NCBI GenBank assembly: GCA_043809315.1
Contig: JAZDDX010000020.1
Location: 72,031-136,030 of the forward strand
DNA: 64,000 nt
Reading direction: 5' to 3'
From: Pseudomonadota bacterium
GTDB lineage: Bacteria > Bdellovibrionota_G > JALEGL01 > DATDPG01
Part shown: piece by piece, positions 35,886 to 45,226 of the stretch
Layout of the letters: the number at the start of each line of letters is the position of its first letter
Position numbering within the stretch: the first letter of the stretch is position 1
Notes under the pieces: model-generated
What the model was told of the DNA's origin: nothing
The model's input: the letters and a program-made list of their open reading frames with translations, nothing else
Databases searched by the model: none
Program-made: the position numbers and the translations under genes

Positions 35886-38124
35886 TCTCCCAGAGCGTTT
35901 CGCGGACGACCGTGTTTTCGCGGAAATAAACCGTTTCTTTGAGTCGATCCTGGCACGACTCGAGAAGCGAAGTGATCACCCCGTCGACGGATTTAGTGAT
36001 CGTCTCTTCGTCCTCTTTCTTGGCCAGCGCTCGGAGCCCCTCGGTCCCGACCTTTTGTTCCTTCAGAACACGCGCCAAATCGGAATGGATGAGTTTCATC
36101 CCTTCCCGGATCCCCGCCTGTTCCTTCTCCGGCGACTCCGCAGACATCTTGAGTTTCTCTTTCCTGTCGACCACCTCCTGGAACCGATCGATCGCCTCGC
36201 TTGAGCACAAAGCCGCTGCGAACTTGGTGGTCAGCTCCTCGGACGTCAACGCCTTCGGCTCGCTCTTCCCGCGCTTCACCTTGTCGATCATCCGGATCAC
36301 CTCTTTTTTCCGGTCGATTGCTTCGTACGCCTGCTCCATCGCGTAGAGGTAGCCGTCCCACGCTTTCCCTTTCTTGAGAAAGAGGATCATTTTCTTCACC
36401 TTCGGGAACGCTTCCGGCCGGATCGACGAGCCATACGTGTCGAGGATCGAGATCGGGTACGGCTTCCCTTTTTTCAGGTCGGTGGCGATCGCGTCGAACA
36501 GTTTCTGGTTGGGTGATTGCACACGGAACTCCACCGGCAGGATCAGATCATCGGAGTTGAACAGGGTTTCCCGCGACAGAAACCGTTCCTCGTTCTTCGC
36601 CGTTTTTTCGGGAAAAGCTCGCGTGGCTAGGACGATCGTTTCAGACGCCGCAACTACCTCTTCCAACGATTTCTCGAGAGTCGAAGCGGTGGTCCGCCCG
36701 CCGGCCAAACAGAACAGGCCGGCCAGCGCCATCCCCATCCCTTGTCGGAGAAGCCGACCGAATCCCTTTTTCCCCACGAAGCCCCCTTCCCGTGCACCCA
36801 CCCGGCCGCGCAAGATCACGGTCTCTGGGGATCCCCGGACCTCCATCCCTTCATAGAGGTTGTAATCGACACGCATGTGGTGAGTCTGAGGATTTTTCGC
36901 GCTCATCGTCTTCTCCCGGTTCGGATCGAAAATCACGAGATCAGCGTCACTTCCGACGGCGATCGTTCCTTTTTTCGGATATAGGCCAAAAAATTTCGCG
37001 GCCGCCGTCGATGTGATCTCGATGAACAGGTTGACCGAGATCCGTCCGTCGACGACCCCTTGATAGAGAAGACTCATCCGGTTCTCCACCCCCGGCCCTC
37101 CCCCGGGAATCTTCGTGAAGTCGATCTTCGATCCCTCGACTTTTTCTTTTAGCAGGAAAGGACAGTGGTCGGTGCCGACGCACTGGATATCGCCATCCGC
37201 CAGCCCTTTCCACAGCGCCTCTTGATCCTGTTTCCCTCGGAGCGGAGGGGACAGCACATATTTCGCCGCTTCCCCTGGGTCTTGATCGTAGAGGGAACGA
37301 TCTAGGAAAAGATATTGGGGGCAAGTTTCTGTCACGACTTTCAAACCCCGCGTGCGAGCGTGGTGAATTTCTTCGAGGCCTTCCTTCGACGACAAGTGCA
37401 CCACGTAAAGGGTTGCTCCTGTCTGCTCGGAAAGGAGGATCATCCGGCGGATGGCATCGGCCTCGGTGGAGTTCGGCCGGGTCAATGCATGATACTTTGG
37501 TGCGGTCTGCTTCTTCTGGAGAGCCTCGACGATCCGTCTCTCGATCTCCGGACCATCTTCGCAATGGAGGCAGATGACGGAGCCATCTTTCACACTCTGC
37601 CGCATCGCCTGTTCGATCACAGAATCGGGCAACATGAGGCGCCCAGGGTAGGCTGTGAAAAACTTAAATGATCTCGTTCCGTCGAGAGTCAAGGCTGACA
37701 TCTCAGGCAAACGCTCGTTCGGAAGGTCGCACACCATCATATGGAAGGCGTAATCAATGACCGCCTTCCCCTCCGCCTTCCGGCGCCATTCGTCCAACCC
37801 CTCCCGTAACGAACGACCTTTTGTCTGCCCGGCGTAGTCGATTACCGTCGTCGTCCCACCGCAGGCAGCGGCGATCGTCCCAGTCTCAAAGTCATCCGAC
37901 GAGACGGTGTCGCCGTACGGCATGTCGAAATGGGTGTGAGGATCGATCCCCCCCGGAATCACGAGCTTCCCGGTCGCGTCGATGGTCAGGTCCGCAGTAC
38001 GATTCAGCTTGGATCCGATCTTCGCGATCGTCTCCCCTTCCACATAGACATCTGCGGTGAGCGTCTTTTCGGCCGTAACGACCGTCCCACCCCGGATCAG
38101 GAGCGAACTATTCTTGCGCGGCAT
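35866..38124 (-). CDS. hydA: Dihydropyrimidinase/hydantoinase (about 460 aa, 38124-36745) read through in frame into a ~290-aa unknown domain
   Basis: PGGIDPHTH, SFKFF, HCE, VVHLS, ETCPQY, GTDH. After GKKGFGRLLR the frame continues into a signal-peptide-like stretch. Confidence 0.85.
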   Translation of the reverse strand: MPRKNSSLLIRGGTVVTAEKTLTADVYVEGETIAKIGSKLNRTADLTIDATGKLVIPGGIDPHTHFDMPYGDTVSSDDFETGTIAAACGGTTTVIDYAGQTKGRSLREGLDEWRRKAEGKAVIDYAFHMMVCDLPNERLPEMSALTLDGTRSFKFFTAYPGRLMLPDSVIEQAMRQSVKDGSVICLHCEDGPEIERRIVEALQKKQTAPKYHALTRPNSTEADAIRRMILLSEQTGATLYVVHLSSKEGLEEIHHARTRGLKVVTETCPQYLFLDRSLYDQDPGEAAKYVLSPPLRGKQDQEALWKGLADGDIQCVGTDHCPFLLKEKVEGSKIDFTKIPGGGPGVENRMSLLYQGVVDGRISVNLFIEITSTAAAKFFGLYPKKGTIAVGSDADLVIFDPNREKTMSAKNPQTHHMRVDYNLYEGMEVRGSPETVILRGRVGAREGGFVGKKGFGRLLRQGMGMALAGLFCLAGGRTTASTLEKSLEEVVAASETIVLATRAFPEKTAKNEERFLSRETLFNSDDLILPVEFRVQSPNQKLFDAIATDLKKGKPYPISILDTYGSSIRPEAFPKVKKMILFLKKGKAWDGYLYAMEQAYEAIDRKKEVIRMIDKVKRGKSEPKALTSEELTTKFAAALCSSEAIDRFQEVVDRKEKLKMSAESPEKEQAGIREGMKLIHSDLARVLKEQKVGTEGLRALAKKEDEETITKSVDGVITSLLESCQDRLKETVYFRENTVVRETLWEIVREFR

Positions 38125-39115
38125 ACCGATCGACCTCGCGGAGGAGTTTCCGCCTCCTCGGTTCCGGAAGAAGGCTCGCCTCGAATGAATTCCGGACGAG
38201 CGTTACGATCTCGTCGCGCGTCAGTTTCAAAGCCTTCTGCGCGGCAAGGAAGTTCTCGTTCACGTATCCGCCGAAGTAGGCCGGGTCGTCCGAGTTCACC
38301 GTGACTTTGAGCCCCGCTTGAAGCATTTTCCGGAGGTTGTGGTCCTCCATCTTCCGGAACACGCCGAGCTTCACGTTCGACAGGGGGCATACTGTGAGGG
38401 GAATCTTGCGGGTGACTAAGCTGCGGGTGAGCTTCCGATCATCGAGCGACCGGATCCCGTGATCGATCCGGCGAACCTTGAGGTGTTTGAGCGAGTCCCG
38501 GATATACGAAGCCGGCCCCTCCTCTCCCGCATGCGCGAACGTCTCGAAGCCGAGTCTCCGGGCCTCCGTGAACACCTCCCGGAATTTTACAGGTGGGTGG
38601 CCAACCTCGTACGAGTCGAGACCGACCCCGACGATCTTCTTCCGGTGCGGCAACGCGTGACGGAGCGTTTCCGTCGCTGCTTCTCCGCTTAAGTGACGGA
38701 GAAAACAGAGGATGAAGTAACTCGACAGATCGAGCTTCCGCTTGGCTTCCTTCGAAGCCTCCCACAGCCCTTCGATCACCGCATCGAATGGAACTCCACG
38801 ATGGACATGCGTTTGCGGGTCAAAGAAGATCTCCGCATGGCGGACATTCTGACTCGCCGCTTTTATGAAATATCCCATCGCCAGATCGTAGAAATCCTCC
38901 GCGTTCCGTAATACCGATGCCCCTTCGTAATACACATCAAGGAAAGTTCGTAACGAGCCGAAGTGGTACGCTTTCCGAATCTCGCTCAGGGTCTCATGCC
39001 GGATTCTGATCCCGTTCCGTTTCGCCAGACGGAGCATCAACTCCGGCTCAAGACACCCCTCGATGTGCAGGTGCAATTCGCACTTCGGAATCCGTTTGAT
39101 GAACTTTTGATCCAA
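38108..39115 (-). CDS. add: Adenine/adenosine deaminase
   Basis: PKCELHLHIEG, FFDPQTH, GLDS, AHAGEE, RIDHG, CPLSN, NSDDPAYF. Confidence 0.92.
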   Translation of the reverse strand: MDQKFIKRIPKCELHLHIEGCLEPELMLRLAKRNGIRIRHETLSEIRKAYHFGSLRTFLDVYYEGASVLRNAEDFYDLAMGYFIKAASQNVRHAEIFFDPQTHVHRGVPFDAVIEGLWEASKEAKRKLDLSSYFILCFLRHLSGEAATETLRHALPHRKKIVGVGLDSYEVGHPPVKFREVFTEARRLGFETFAHAGEEGPASYIRDSLKHLKVRRIDHGIRSLDDRKLTRSLVTRKIPLTVCPLSNVKLGVFRKMEDHNLRKMLQAGLKVTVNSDDPAYFGGYVNENFLAAQKALKLTRDEIVTLVRNSFEASLLPEPRRRKLLREVDRYAAQE

Positions 39116-39131
39116 CCCATTCCCCGTGTTC

Positions 39132-40439
39132 TCAATGATACGGATAGAAGACGAAAAACACGAGGGAAGCCAAGGCCAATACGAGGCGGGGCCAAGTCAG
39201 CGCCTTCCACTCCCGTTTTACGAGTTTCAAGAGGGGGTAGAGAATGAAGCCGACCATGATCCCGATCCCGATGTTGTAGGTGAAACTCATCAGCATCACG
39301 GTCGCAAGGGCAGGCACCGATTCCGAGAAGTCCGAAAAATCGATCTTCCGGACCGCCTCGATCATCAGAATCCCAACAAAGATCAGGGCCGGCCCGTAGG
39401 CCAACGGCGGGATCGCGGTCACGAGAGGGGAGAAGAATAGAGCGCCTAGGAACAAGACGGCGGTCACGACGGCCGAGAACCCACTCCGTCCTCCCGCCTC
39501 GACCCCTGCCGCGCTCTCGATATATGCACCCGCCGTCGTCGTCCCGAGCAATGGAGCAAGGGTCGTAGCCAACGCGTCGGCCAGCATCGGCTTCTCGATC
39601 TCCGGGAGGTTCCCTTTCTCGTCCAGGAAGCCGGCCCGGGCGGAGACACCGATCAGCGTCCCCATCGTGTCGACGAAGTCCATCAGGAAGATCGTCAGGA
39701 TCACCGGGAAGAATCCCCAGGTCAGCGCCCCCCGAATATCGAGTTGGAATGCGATCGGGGCAAGCGAGGGAGGCGCGCTGACGATCCCTCCGGGTGCCGG
39801 AGCCGCCCCGGTTACGAATGCAACGAACGCCGTCCCGAGAATCCCGATCAAAAGTGCGCCCGGAGTCCGGAGCTGGTTCAACACGACGATCAGAAGGAAG
39901 CCGAGGACCGAGAGAAGAACGCTCCACTGCGCGATCTGCCCGATCTTGACCGGCGCCCCCGGCTCGCCGAGGGCGACGATCCCGGCCTCATTGAGGCCGA
40001 TGAACGCAAGGAAGAGACCGATTCCCACGGCAAAACCGTATTTCAGATTCTCGGGAACGGCCTCCGCTAAGAGGGAACGGAGACGGGAGATCGTGAGAAG
40101 TGTGAACAGAATCCCCCCGATGAAGATCGCCCCGAGGGCGGTCTGCCACGAATAACCGAGGACCTTGACCACCGTGTAAGCGACGAAGGCGTTTTCCCCC
40201 ATGTACGGAGCGATCGCGAACGGCCGTTTCGCGTAAACGCCCATCACGAGCGTTCCGACGAACGCCGTCCAGATCGTGGCGACCATCGACGGCCCTTTCG
40301 GGATTCCGGCCGCCTCCAGAATCGCCGGGTTGACGACGATGATGTAGGCGGTCGTCACGAAGGTCGTGACCCCTCCCAGGATTTCGCTTTTCCAATTCGT
40401 TCGCAGTTCCTGAAAGCGGAAGAATCGGGCGATCATCAT
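39132..40439 (-). CDS. NCS2/AzgA-family purine permease
   Basis: EILGGVTTF..AYII.VNP, APYMGENAF, DTMGTL, YIESAAGV..GGRSG. Confidence 0.92.
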   Translation of the reverse strand: MMIARFFRFQELRTNWKSEILGGVTTFVTTAYIIVVNPAILEAAGIPKGPSMVATIWTAFVGTLVMGVYAKRPFAIAPYMGENAFVAYTVVKVLGYSWQTALGAIFIGGILFTLLTISRLRSLLAEAVPENLKYGFAVGIGLFLAFIGLNEAGIVALGEPGAPVKIGQIAQWSVLLSVLGFLLIVVLNQLRTPGALLIGILGTAFVAFVTGAAPAPGGIVSAPPSLAPIAFQLDIRGALTWGFFPVILTIFLMDFVDTMGTLIGVSARAGFLDEKGNLPEIEKPMLADALATTLAPLLGTTTAGAYIESAAGVEAGGRSGFSAVVTAVLFLGALFFSPLVTAIPPLAYGPALIFVGILMIEAVRKIDFSDFSESVPALATVMLMSFTYNIGIGIMVGFILYPLLKLVKREWKALTWPRLVLALASLVFFVFYPYH

Positions 40440-40442
40440 GAT

Positions 40443-41792
40443 TTACCTTTCCGAGCGAAGCGATTTCAGGACCATTTCGATCCAGTGAGGTGGAAAAACG
40501 CCGTCCGCCTCGAAGATCGACCGTTGCTTTTCGAGTCGGTCGGCGACTTCGCCGAAGCTTCGGGGAAGCGCTTGTGCCTGGCTCTCCTCTTTTCGGACGG
40601 AGGCCGCTGTTTTTCGGAGCAATTCATCGATCTTCGGAATCGATCGCGCGGCCGACATCGCCTGGGCGACTCCGGCCAGAAGCAGGTAGGGGTGAGCCGA
40701 ACCGTCCGGCAAACGGAACTCGATCGTCGGGACCGAAACCGCTCTCCCCGAGGCGGTAAATGCGACGGTCGGAATCCGGATCAGCGCCTTCCGGTTGTTC
40801 TGTCCCCATGTGATGAAGCTCGGGGCCTCTTTCCCCTGCCGGAGACGGATGAACGATCCGGGGTTCCGGTTGCCGAACGCCATGAGCGCCCCGGCATTCT
40901 TGACCAGACCGCCGATCAACCACTGAGCCGGTTCCTCCATCGACCCGTCGGGCCGCCGTCCGACGACCCCACGCCCTTTCAAGCGGGGCGAGAAGTGGAA
41001 ATGTAGCCCCGATCCGGCGTGCCCCTCCCGCAAGATCGGATCGAACGTCACGCGGAACCCCATCTGTTGGGCCAGGTTGCGGAGAACCCATTGGGTGAGA
41101 ATCACCGCCTCCGCCGCCGCAGGAAGCGGGGCAAGCCCCATCTCGATCTCATGTTGCTCCCAGATGAACCCTTCGAGATCGGTGGAAGCGACATACCCGA
41201 CCTCGCTGTGACCGTACTTGATCGGAACGCCGAGATCGGCAAGGAGCGTGAGCGCCTTCCGACGGAACGCCTGTCCGAAAACGACCGGCGCCGCGGCGTG
41301 ATACCCGTGCTCATCCGCGACCCGCATGTCGACTTCCGAAGCCCGGTGTCCCAGGAAGAACTCTACCTCCCCCAATGCGTGAAGATCGACGCCGGTCTCC
41401 CCTTTCAACCGCTCGTACGCTTTCCCGAGAATGCTGTCGGGAGATTCCGGCAAGGGAGCGCCGTCCCGCCCGACATGTCCGCAAAGCACGCAGAGCGTGG
41501 GGATCTCTGAAAACGGATCGAGGAACGCTCGATCGAGACGGGGGCGAAGCAACATATCGGACGACTTCGCCTTGATGCCCGATCCGGAAAAGAGGCTCGA
41601 GCCGTCGGCCCGCTCCCCCCCTTCCAGGATGTCGCGCAGATGGCTGGCGTCCCGTGGGGCGAAATCGAGAACCTTCACGTTTCCGTCCCCGCCGATATGC
41701 ATCAGGCTCACGAGGCGGATTTCCCGATCCCGGACGAGACGGATCAGCCGATCGACATCACGTTCCGCTTGAGCCTTCCTTTTTCGCGCCAC
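40443..41792 (-). CDS. Glutamine synthetase family protein
   Basis: DGSS, GEVEFF, GHSEVG, EQHEIE, GSGLHFHFS, NRKALIRIP, IEFRLPD..AHPYL. GTG start after GAGGAGG. Confidence 0.85.
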   Translation of the reverse strand: MARKRKAQAERDVDRLIRLVRDREIRLVSLMHIGGDGNVKVLDFAPRDASHLRDILEGGERADGSSLFSGSGIKAKSSDMLLRPRLDRAFLDPFSEIPTLCVLCGHVGRDGAPLPESPDSILGKAYERLKGETGVDLHALGEVEFFLGHRASEVDMRVADEHGYHAAAPVVFGQAFRRKALTLLADLGVPIKYGHSEVGYVASTDLEGFIWEQHEIEMGLAPLPAAAEAVILTQWVLRNLAQQMGFRVTFDPILREGHAGSGLHFHFSPRLKGRGVVGRRPDGSMEEPAQWLIGGLVKNAGALMAFGNRNPGSFIRLRQGKEAPSFITWGQNNRKALIRIPTVAFTASGRAVSVPTIEFRLPDGSAHPYLLLAGVAQAMSAARSIPKIDELLRKTAASVRKEESQAQALPRSFGEVADRLEKQRSIFEADGVFPPHWIEMVLKSLRSER

Positions 41793-41938
41793 CCGAACCT
41801 CCTCTCCGTTTTTCGTATGACAACCGTTTGAAGTCAAAAACCTCGCATGGCGAAAACCGGTGTTCCGTGCGCAAATCTTGAGCGCTGTTGACGCCTGGCG
41901 TTATTCAACAACTTCAACATCTTACACTTCTTACTACT

Positions 41939-41954
41939 TGGCACGCCTCTGGCA
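41939..41954 (+). promoter_or_regulatory. sigma54-like -24/-12 promoter
   Basis: TGGCACG-CCTC-TGGCA, 44 nt upstream of an ATG that has a strong AGGAGG RBS. An AT-rich tract lies upstream. Confidence 0.6.
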
Positions 41955-41997
41955 CAGAACAACTCTTTGATTACCGGAGAAGGTCAAGGAGGACCCC

Positions 41998-43515
41998 ATG
42001 GAAAACCACAAATATGCGCTCGGCACCGTGGCGATCGCGATCACGATCGCATTCACCGGGCCGCTCTCCTTCGTCTACGCTGACGATGTCTGCAGCGATA
42101 TGGGACGATTTACCAGGGCCCCTGGATTCTATCCGGATGGAACGGGAAACGATGGGAAGGGGGGTGCACGGAACGTCGAAACGGAGCAACAACTGATCGC
42201 CGACTTTCATCATAAGCATCGCAAGGATATCGCGGAACGCTTTCGCGCCATTCTCCAGCAACCTGACATGTCGAACTTCCGCAAGACGGCGATCGCCGCG
42301 TTCGGAATCGAATGTGACCTGGTGTGCAAGGCGCAGATGAAGAAGGACATGTTGGCCGGGGATCCCCTCGAAAACACCGCGAACGCTCTCGCCGGCTTGG
42401 TTCTCAATTCGCTCCTGATCCTCGGCACCGAGGATATGGGGGGCTACCACGTTGTATCGGATAAAGACCGGCGCTTCCTCCTGGCGAATTCTGTTTTCAA
42501 GGATCAGCGGAAACTGGCCCGGAAGAAAATCCTCGACGACGCGGAGGTCGGCGATCCGGACAAGACGGTCAAAGCAGTCTTCGACCGGGTCGTTCCGATC
42601 ATGAAAGAGGTCGTCGTTCAGGCGGTGCCAGATATCGCCTGGAGGGACTGGATGAACAACCGACTTTCAAACATTCAGTTCACGGGGACCGACTGCGGCA
42701 CCTCGGATCAGAAGGAACCCGAGCTTGGCCAACTTCTTCAAGCCAATGCAGGCTACGATCCCGTATCCCAAACCTTTACGTATTGCCGCGGATTGATCCT
42801 GTTGAATTCCAGCGAGTTCTCCATGGCCGGCGTTATCGCCCACGAGCTGGCGCACTCAATTGATCCTTGTCGAATCGCCCAAGGGCCGGGAAACTACCGC
42901 TTCAAGTACCACCAACTCCTCGATCCCAAACTCGCTGCCGCTGATTACCCGATTCCGAACCTGATCCAGTGTTTGCGGGACGAGCGTTCCGTGCATGCCT
43001 ACCGCGCGGAAGCCACCAATGAAAAGGGAACTGCTTCCCGGAACATTCTATACGATAGGGCGAAGCCAATCAGACCGACGAAGTCGCGTAAGGCGACCTA
43101 CTCCGTATTCTGCGGAGGTGACGGGCCAACCCAGATGGATCAGATCCCTGAGGCGACTGCCGACTGGTTTGCCGCAGAGGTGATACCGCGATACATCGAA
43201 AAATATCATCCGGATCTGAGTGAGACATTCCTACAACACGGTTATTCGAATTACCTCCGTGGACTTCAGCCCCTGTTTTCCAGAATCAGTGAGTTCAAGG
43301 ACCCGACCGATGAGCACCCGCAACTGGAAGACCGAATTGACCGGATCCTGATGGCACAACCCAAGATCCGGACTCAGCTGGGATGTGGGGAGAAGACAGA
43401 CGGGGAGCCGCTCTACTGTCCTTCCGAGTTCAAGCCGTCGGACGACAAGCAGGAGATGAATTCAAAATCAGAAGAACCAAAGGCTGACCAGACCAAAGAT
43501 CGGGATCAAGATTAG
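41998..43515 (+). CDS. Secreted zincin-like metallopeptidase
   Basis: Signal peptide, NAGY strand, VIAHELAHSID (HExxH), EATAD, HP...RI. Confidence 0.65.
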   Translation: MENHKYALGTVAIAITIAFTGPLSFVYADDVCSDMGRFTRAPGFYPDGTGNDGKGGARNVETEQQLIADFHHKHRKDIAERFRAILQQPDMSNFRKTAIAAFGIECDLVCKAQMKKDMLAGDPLENTANALAGLVLNSLLILGTEDMGGYHVVSDKDRRFLLANSVFKDQRKLARKKILDDAEVGDPDKTVKAVFDRVVPIMKEVVVQAVPDIAWRDWMNNRLSNIQFTGTDCGTSDQKEPELGQLLQANAGYDPVSQTFTYCRGLILLNSSEFSMAGVIAHELAHSIDPCRIAQGPGNYRFKYHQLLDPKLAAADYPIPNLIQCLRDERSVHAYRAEATNEKGTASRNILYDRAKPIRPTKSRKATYSVFCGGDGPTQMDQIPEATADWFAAEVIPRYIEKYHPDLSETFLQHGYSNYLRGLQPLFSRISEFKDPTDEHPQLEDRIDRILMAQPKIRTQLGCGEKTDGEPLYCPSEFKPSDDKQEMNSKSEEPKADQTKDRDQD

Positions 43516-44715
43516 AGTCGAATAGGCCATGTAACCGAAGAAGTGCGGAACCGGGACCCCCTGCTCCTCGGCGATCGCCTTCACCATGAAATTGGGACCG
43601 TTCCCGATATAAGTCATCGCCCCCATGAAGACCGCGCCACAACTGATCGCACGCAACAGCTCCACTCCCACTCCCGCAATTGCAGGAACCGACCCGGCGG
43701 CCGCCGTAACTCCCTTCCCGAGGGAGAAGAACGTGAGATAGGTCGGCGCATTATCCAGGAACGAACTTAAGCCCCCTGTGAGCCAGAAAAACTGCCACGG
43801 TTTCGTGACGCCGAGATCGGCCCCTCGAATCTCCAATATTTTCAAGAGAGGCACCATCGTAACGAAGATCCCGGCGAACAGCACCGCCACCTCGACGATC
43901 GGTCCCCAACTGAAGCGGTTGTGTTTCCGCACTGAGCTCTTCGTGAAACGAAGAGAGAGCACGGTCATCGCGATCATGATGATTTCACGATAGGGCGCCG
44001 GAGCCGCCAGAGCGACCGAAAGAAGCACACCAAGGAGAAATACGAAGTTGAGGCGCCCCGAAAGTCGAAGCGGTGCAATCTCCCTCCGATCCCGCGCAAC
44101 GGCACGAGCACTTTCTTTCCGATGGGCGATCGTGTCCCAGGCGTAGAAGACCGAGAGAACCAACCCGACAGAGACCAACCATTCCGGCCAGAGCGTGAGC
44201 GTCCAGAAAAACGGAACCCCCCGCAAGTACCCCAAGAAGAGGGGCGGATCGGCCAGCGGCGTCAGACACCCGCCGATGTTCGAGACTAGAAAAATAAAAA
44301 AGACCGGGATGTGTCCGGTATGTTTCCGCTCCGAATTCGTTCGAAGGAGCGGGCGGATCAGGAGCATGCTGGCTCCGGTCGTCCCCACGAAGTTCGCAAG
44401 AATCGCCCCGATCAGAAGGAAGATCGTGTTCACCTTCGGCGTCGCTTCAATATCTCCGGTGAGGGAGATCCCCCCGGAGATCACAAACAACGACCCCAGC
44501 AGAACGATGAACGACACGTACTCCTCCGCCGTCCGACCTAATTCCAAGGGTAAGTTCACCACGAGCCAAAGCGCGGCCGGCAGGCTTAGGAGCACGACAA
44601 CCCACCCCTTATTCCGGTTCTTGTGCCAAAACCTCGGCCAAGCGAGGGGCGCAATGGCAATCGCCAGAAGAAGAATGACGAACGGAAAACAGGCCAAGAA
44701 AGGAATCGAGGGCAT
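43468..44715 (-). CDS. Ion-transporter superfamily membrane protein (putative Na+/H+ antiporter or citrate transporter-like)
   Basis: GTTGASMLLIRP, SNIGGCLTPLADPPLFLG, SSFLDNAPTY, TYIGNGPNFMVK. Confidence 0.85.
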   Translation of the reverse strand: MPSIPFLACFPFVILLLAIAIAPLAWPRFWHKNRNKGWVVVLLSLPAALWLVVNLPLELGRTAEEYVSFIVLLGSLFVISGGISLTGDIEATPKVNTIFLLIGAILANFVGTTGASMLLIRPLLRTNSERKHTGHIPVFFIFLVSNIGGCLTPLADPPLFLGYLRGVPFFWTLTLWPEWLVSVGLVLSVFYAWDTIAHRKESARAVARDRREIAPLRLSGRLNFVFLLGVLLSVALAAPAPYREIIMIAMTVLSLRFTKSSVRKHNRFSWGPIVEVAVLFAGIFVTMVPLLKILEIRGADLGVTKPWQFFWLTGGLSSFLDNAPTYLTFFSLGKGVTAAAGSVPAIAGVGVELLRAISCGAVFMGAMTYIGNGPNFMVKAIAEEQGVPVPHFFGYMAYSTLILIPIFGLVSLWFF

Positions 44716-44717
44716 GC

Positions 44718-45215
44718 TTACGTTCCCCAAATGCAGGTCACCTCACCCCAATAGATTCGGTGGTAATCTTTCGCGGGGTAGATCCCCGCGACCTCATGGG
44801 CGATGAACTTTCCAGGATCGAAATCCTGGTACGCCATGACACGGCACTCGAACGAGAGGCGGGCTTCCCGGATGTGCGGAACCGCGATCGTCTCGCTCCT
44901 CTCCGGATTCAGTCCGGCCGCTTTCCATTTGTCGGAATCACGTCCGCTCGTCGAACCGCAGAGATCGAGCTTTTCGCGAAACGATTCCGGGAGAAAATTG
45001 AGCGTGAACTCCTCGCTCTCGTTCAGAAGTCCGTAGGTATACCGAGTCGGCCGTACATAAACCGTGACCGCCGGTTTGTTCCAGAGCGTCCCGAACCCGC
45101 CCCACGAAACCGTCATCGGATTCGGGCTTCCTTTCCCAGACACGAGAAGAGCCCACTCCTCGTCCAGGAGATGAAATGGACGGACTGAAAGTTCTGCCGG
45201 ATCGATCTTCCGCAT
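44718..45215 (-). CDS. Flavin reductase family protein
   Basis: NPMTVSWGG, YVRPTRYT, CGSTSGRD.DK, ECRV, YH. Start trimmed to MRKIDP. Confidence 0.88.
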   Translation of the reverse strand: MRKIDPAELSVRPFHLLDEEWALLVSGKGSPNPMTVSWGGFGTLWNKPAVTVYVRPTRYTYGLLNESEEFTLNFLPESFREKLDLCGSTSGRDSDKWKAAGLNPERSETIAVPHIREARLSFECRVMAYQDFDPGKFIAHEVAGIYPAKDYHRIYWGEVTCIWGT

Positions 45216-45226
45216 ACGCGCCCCCT

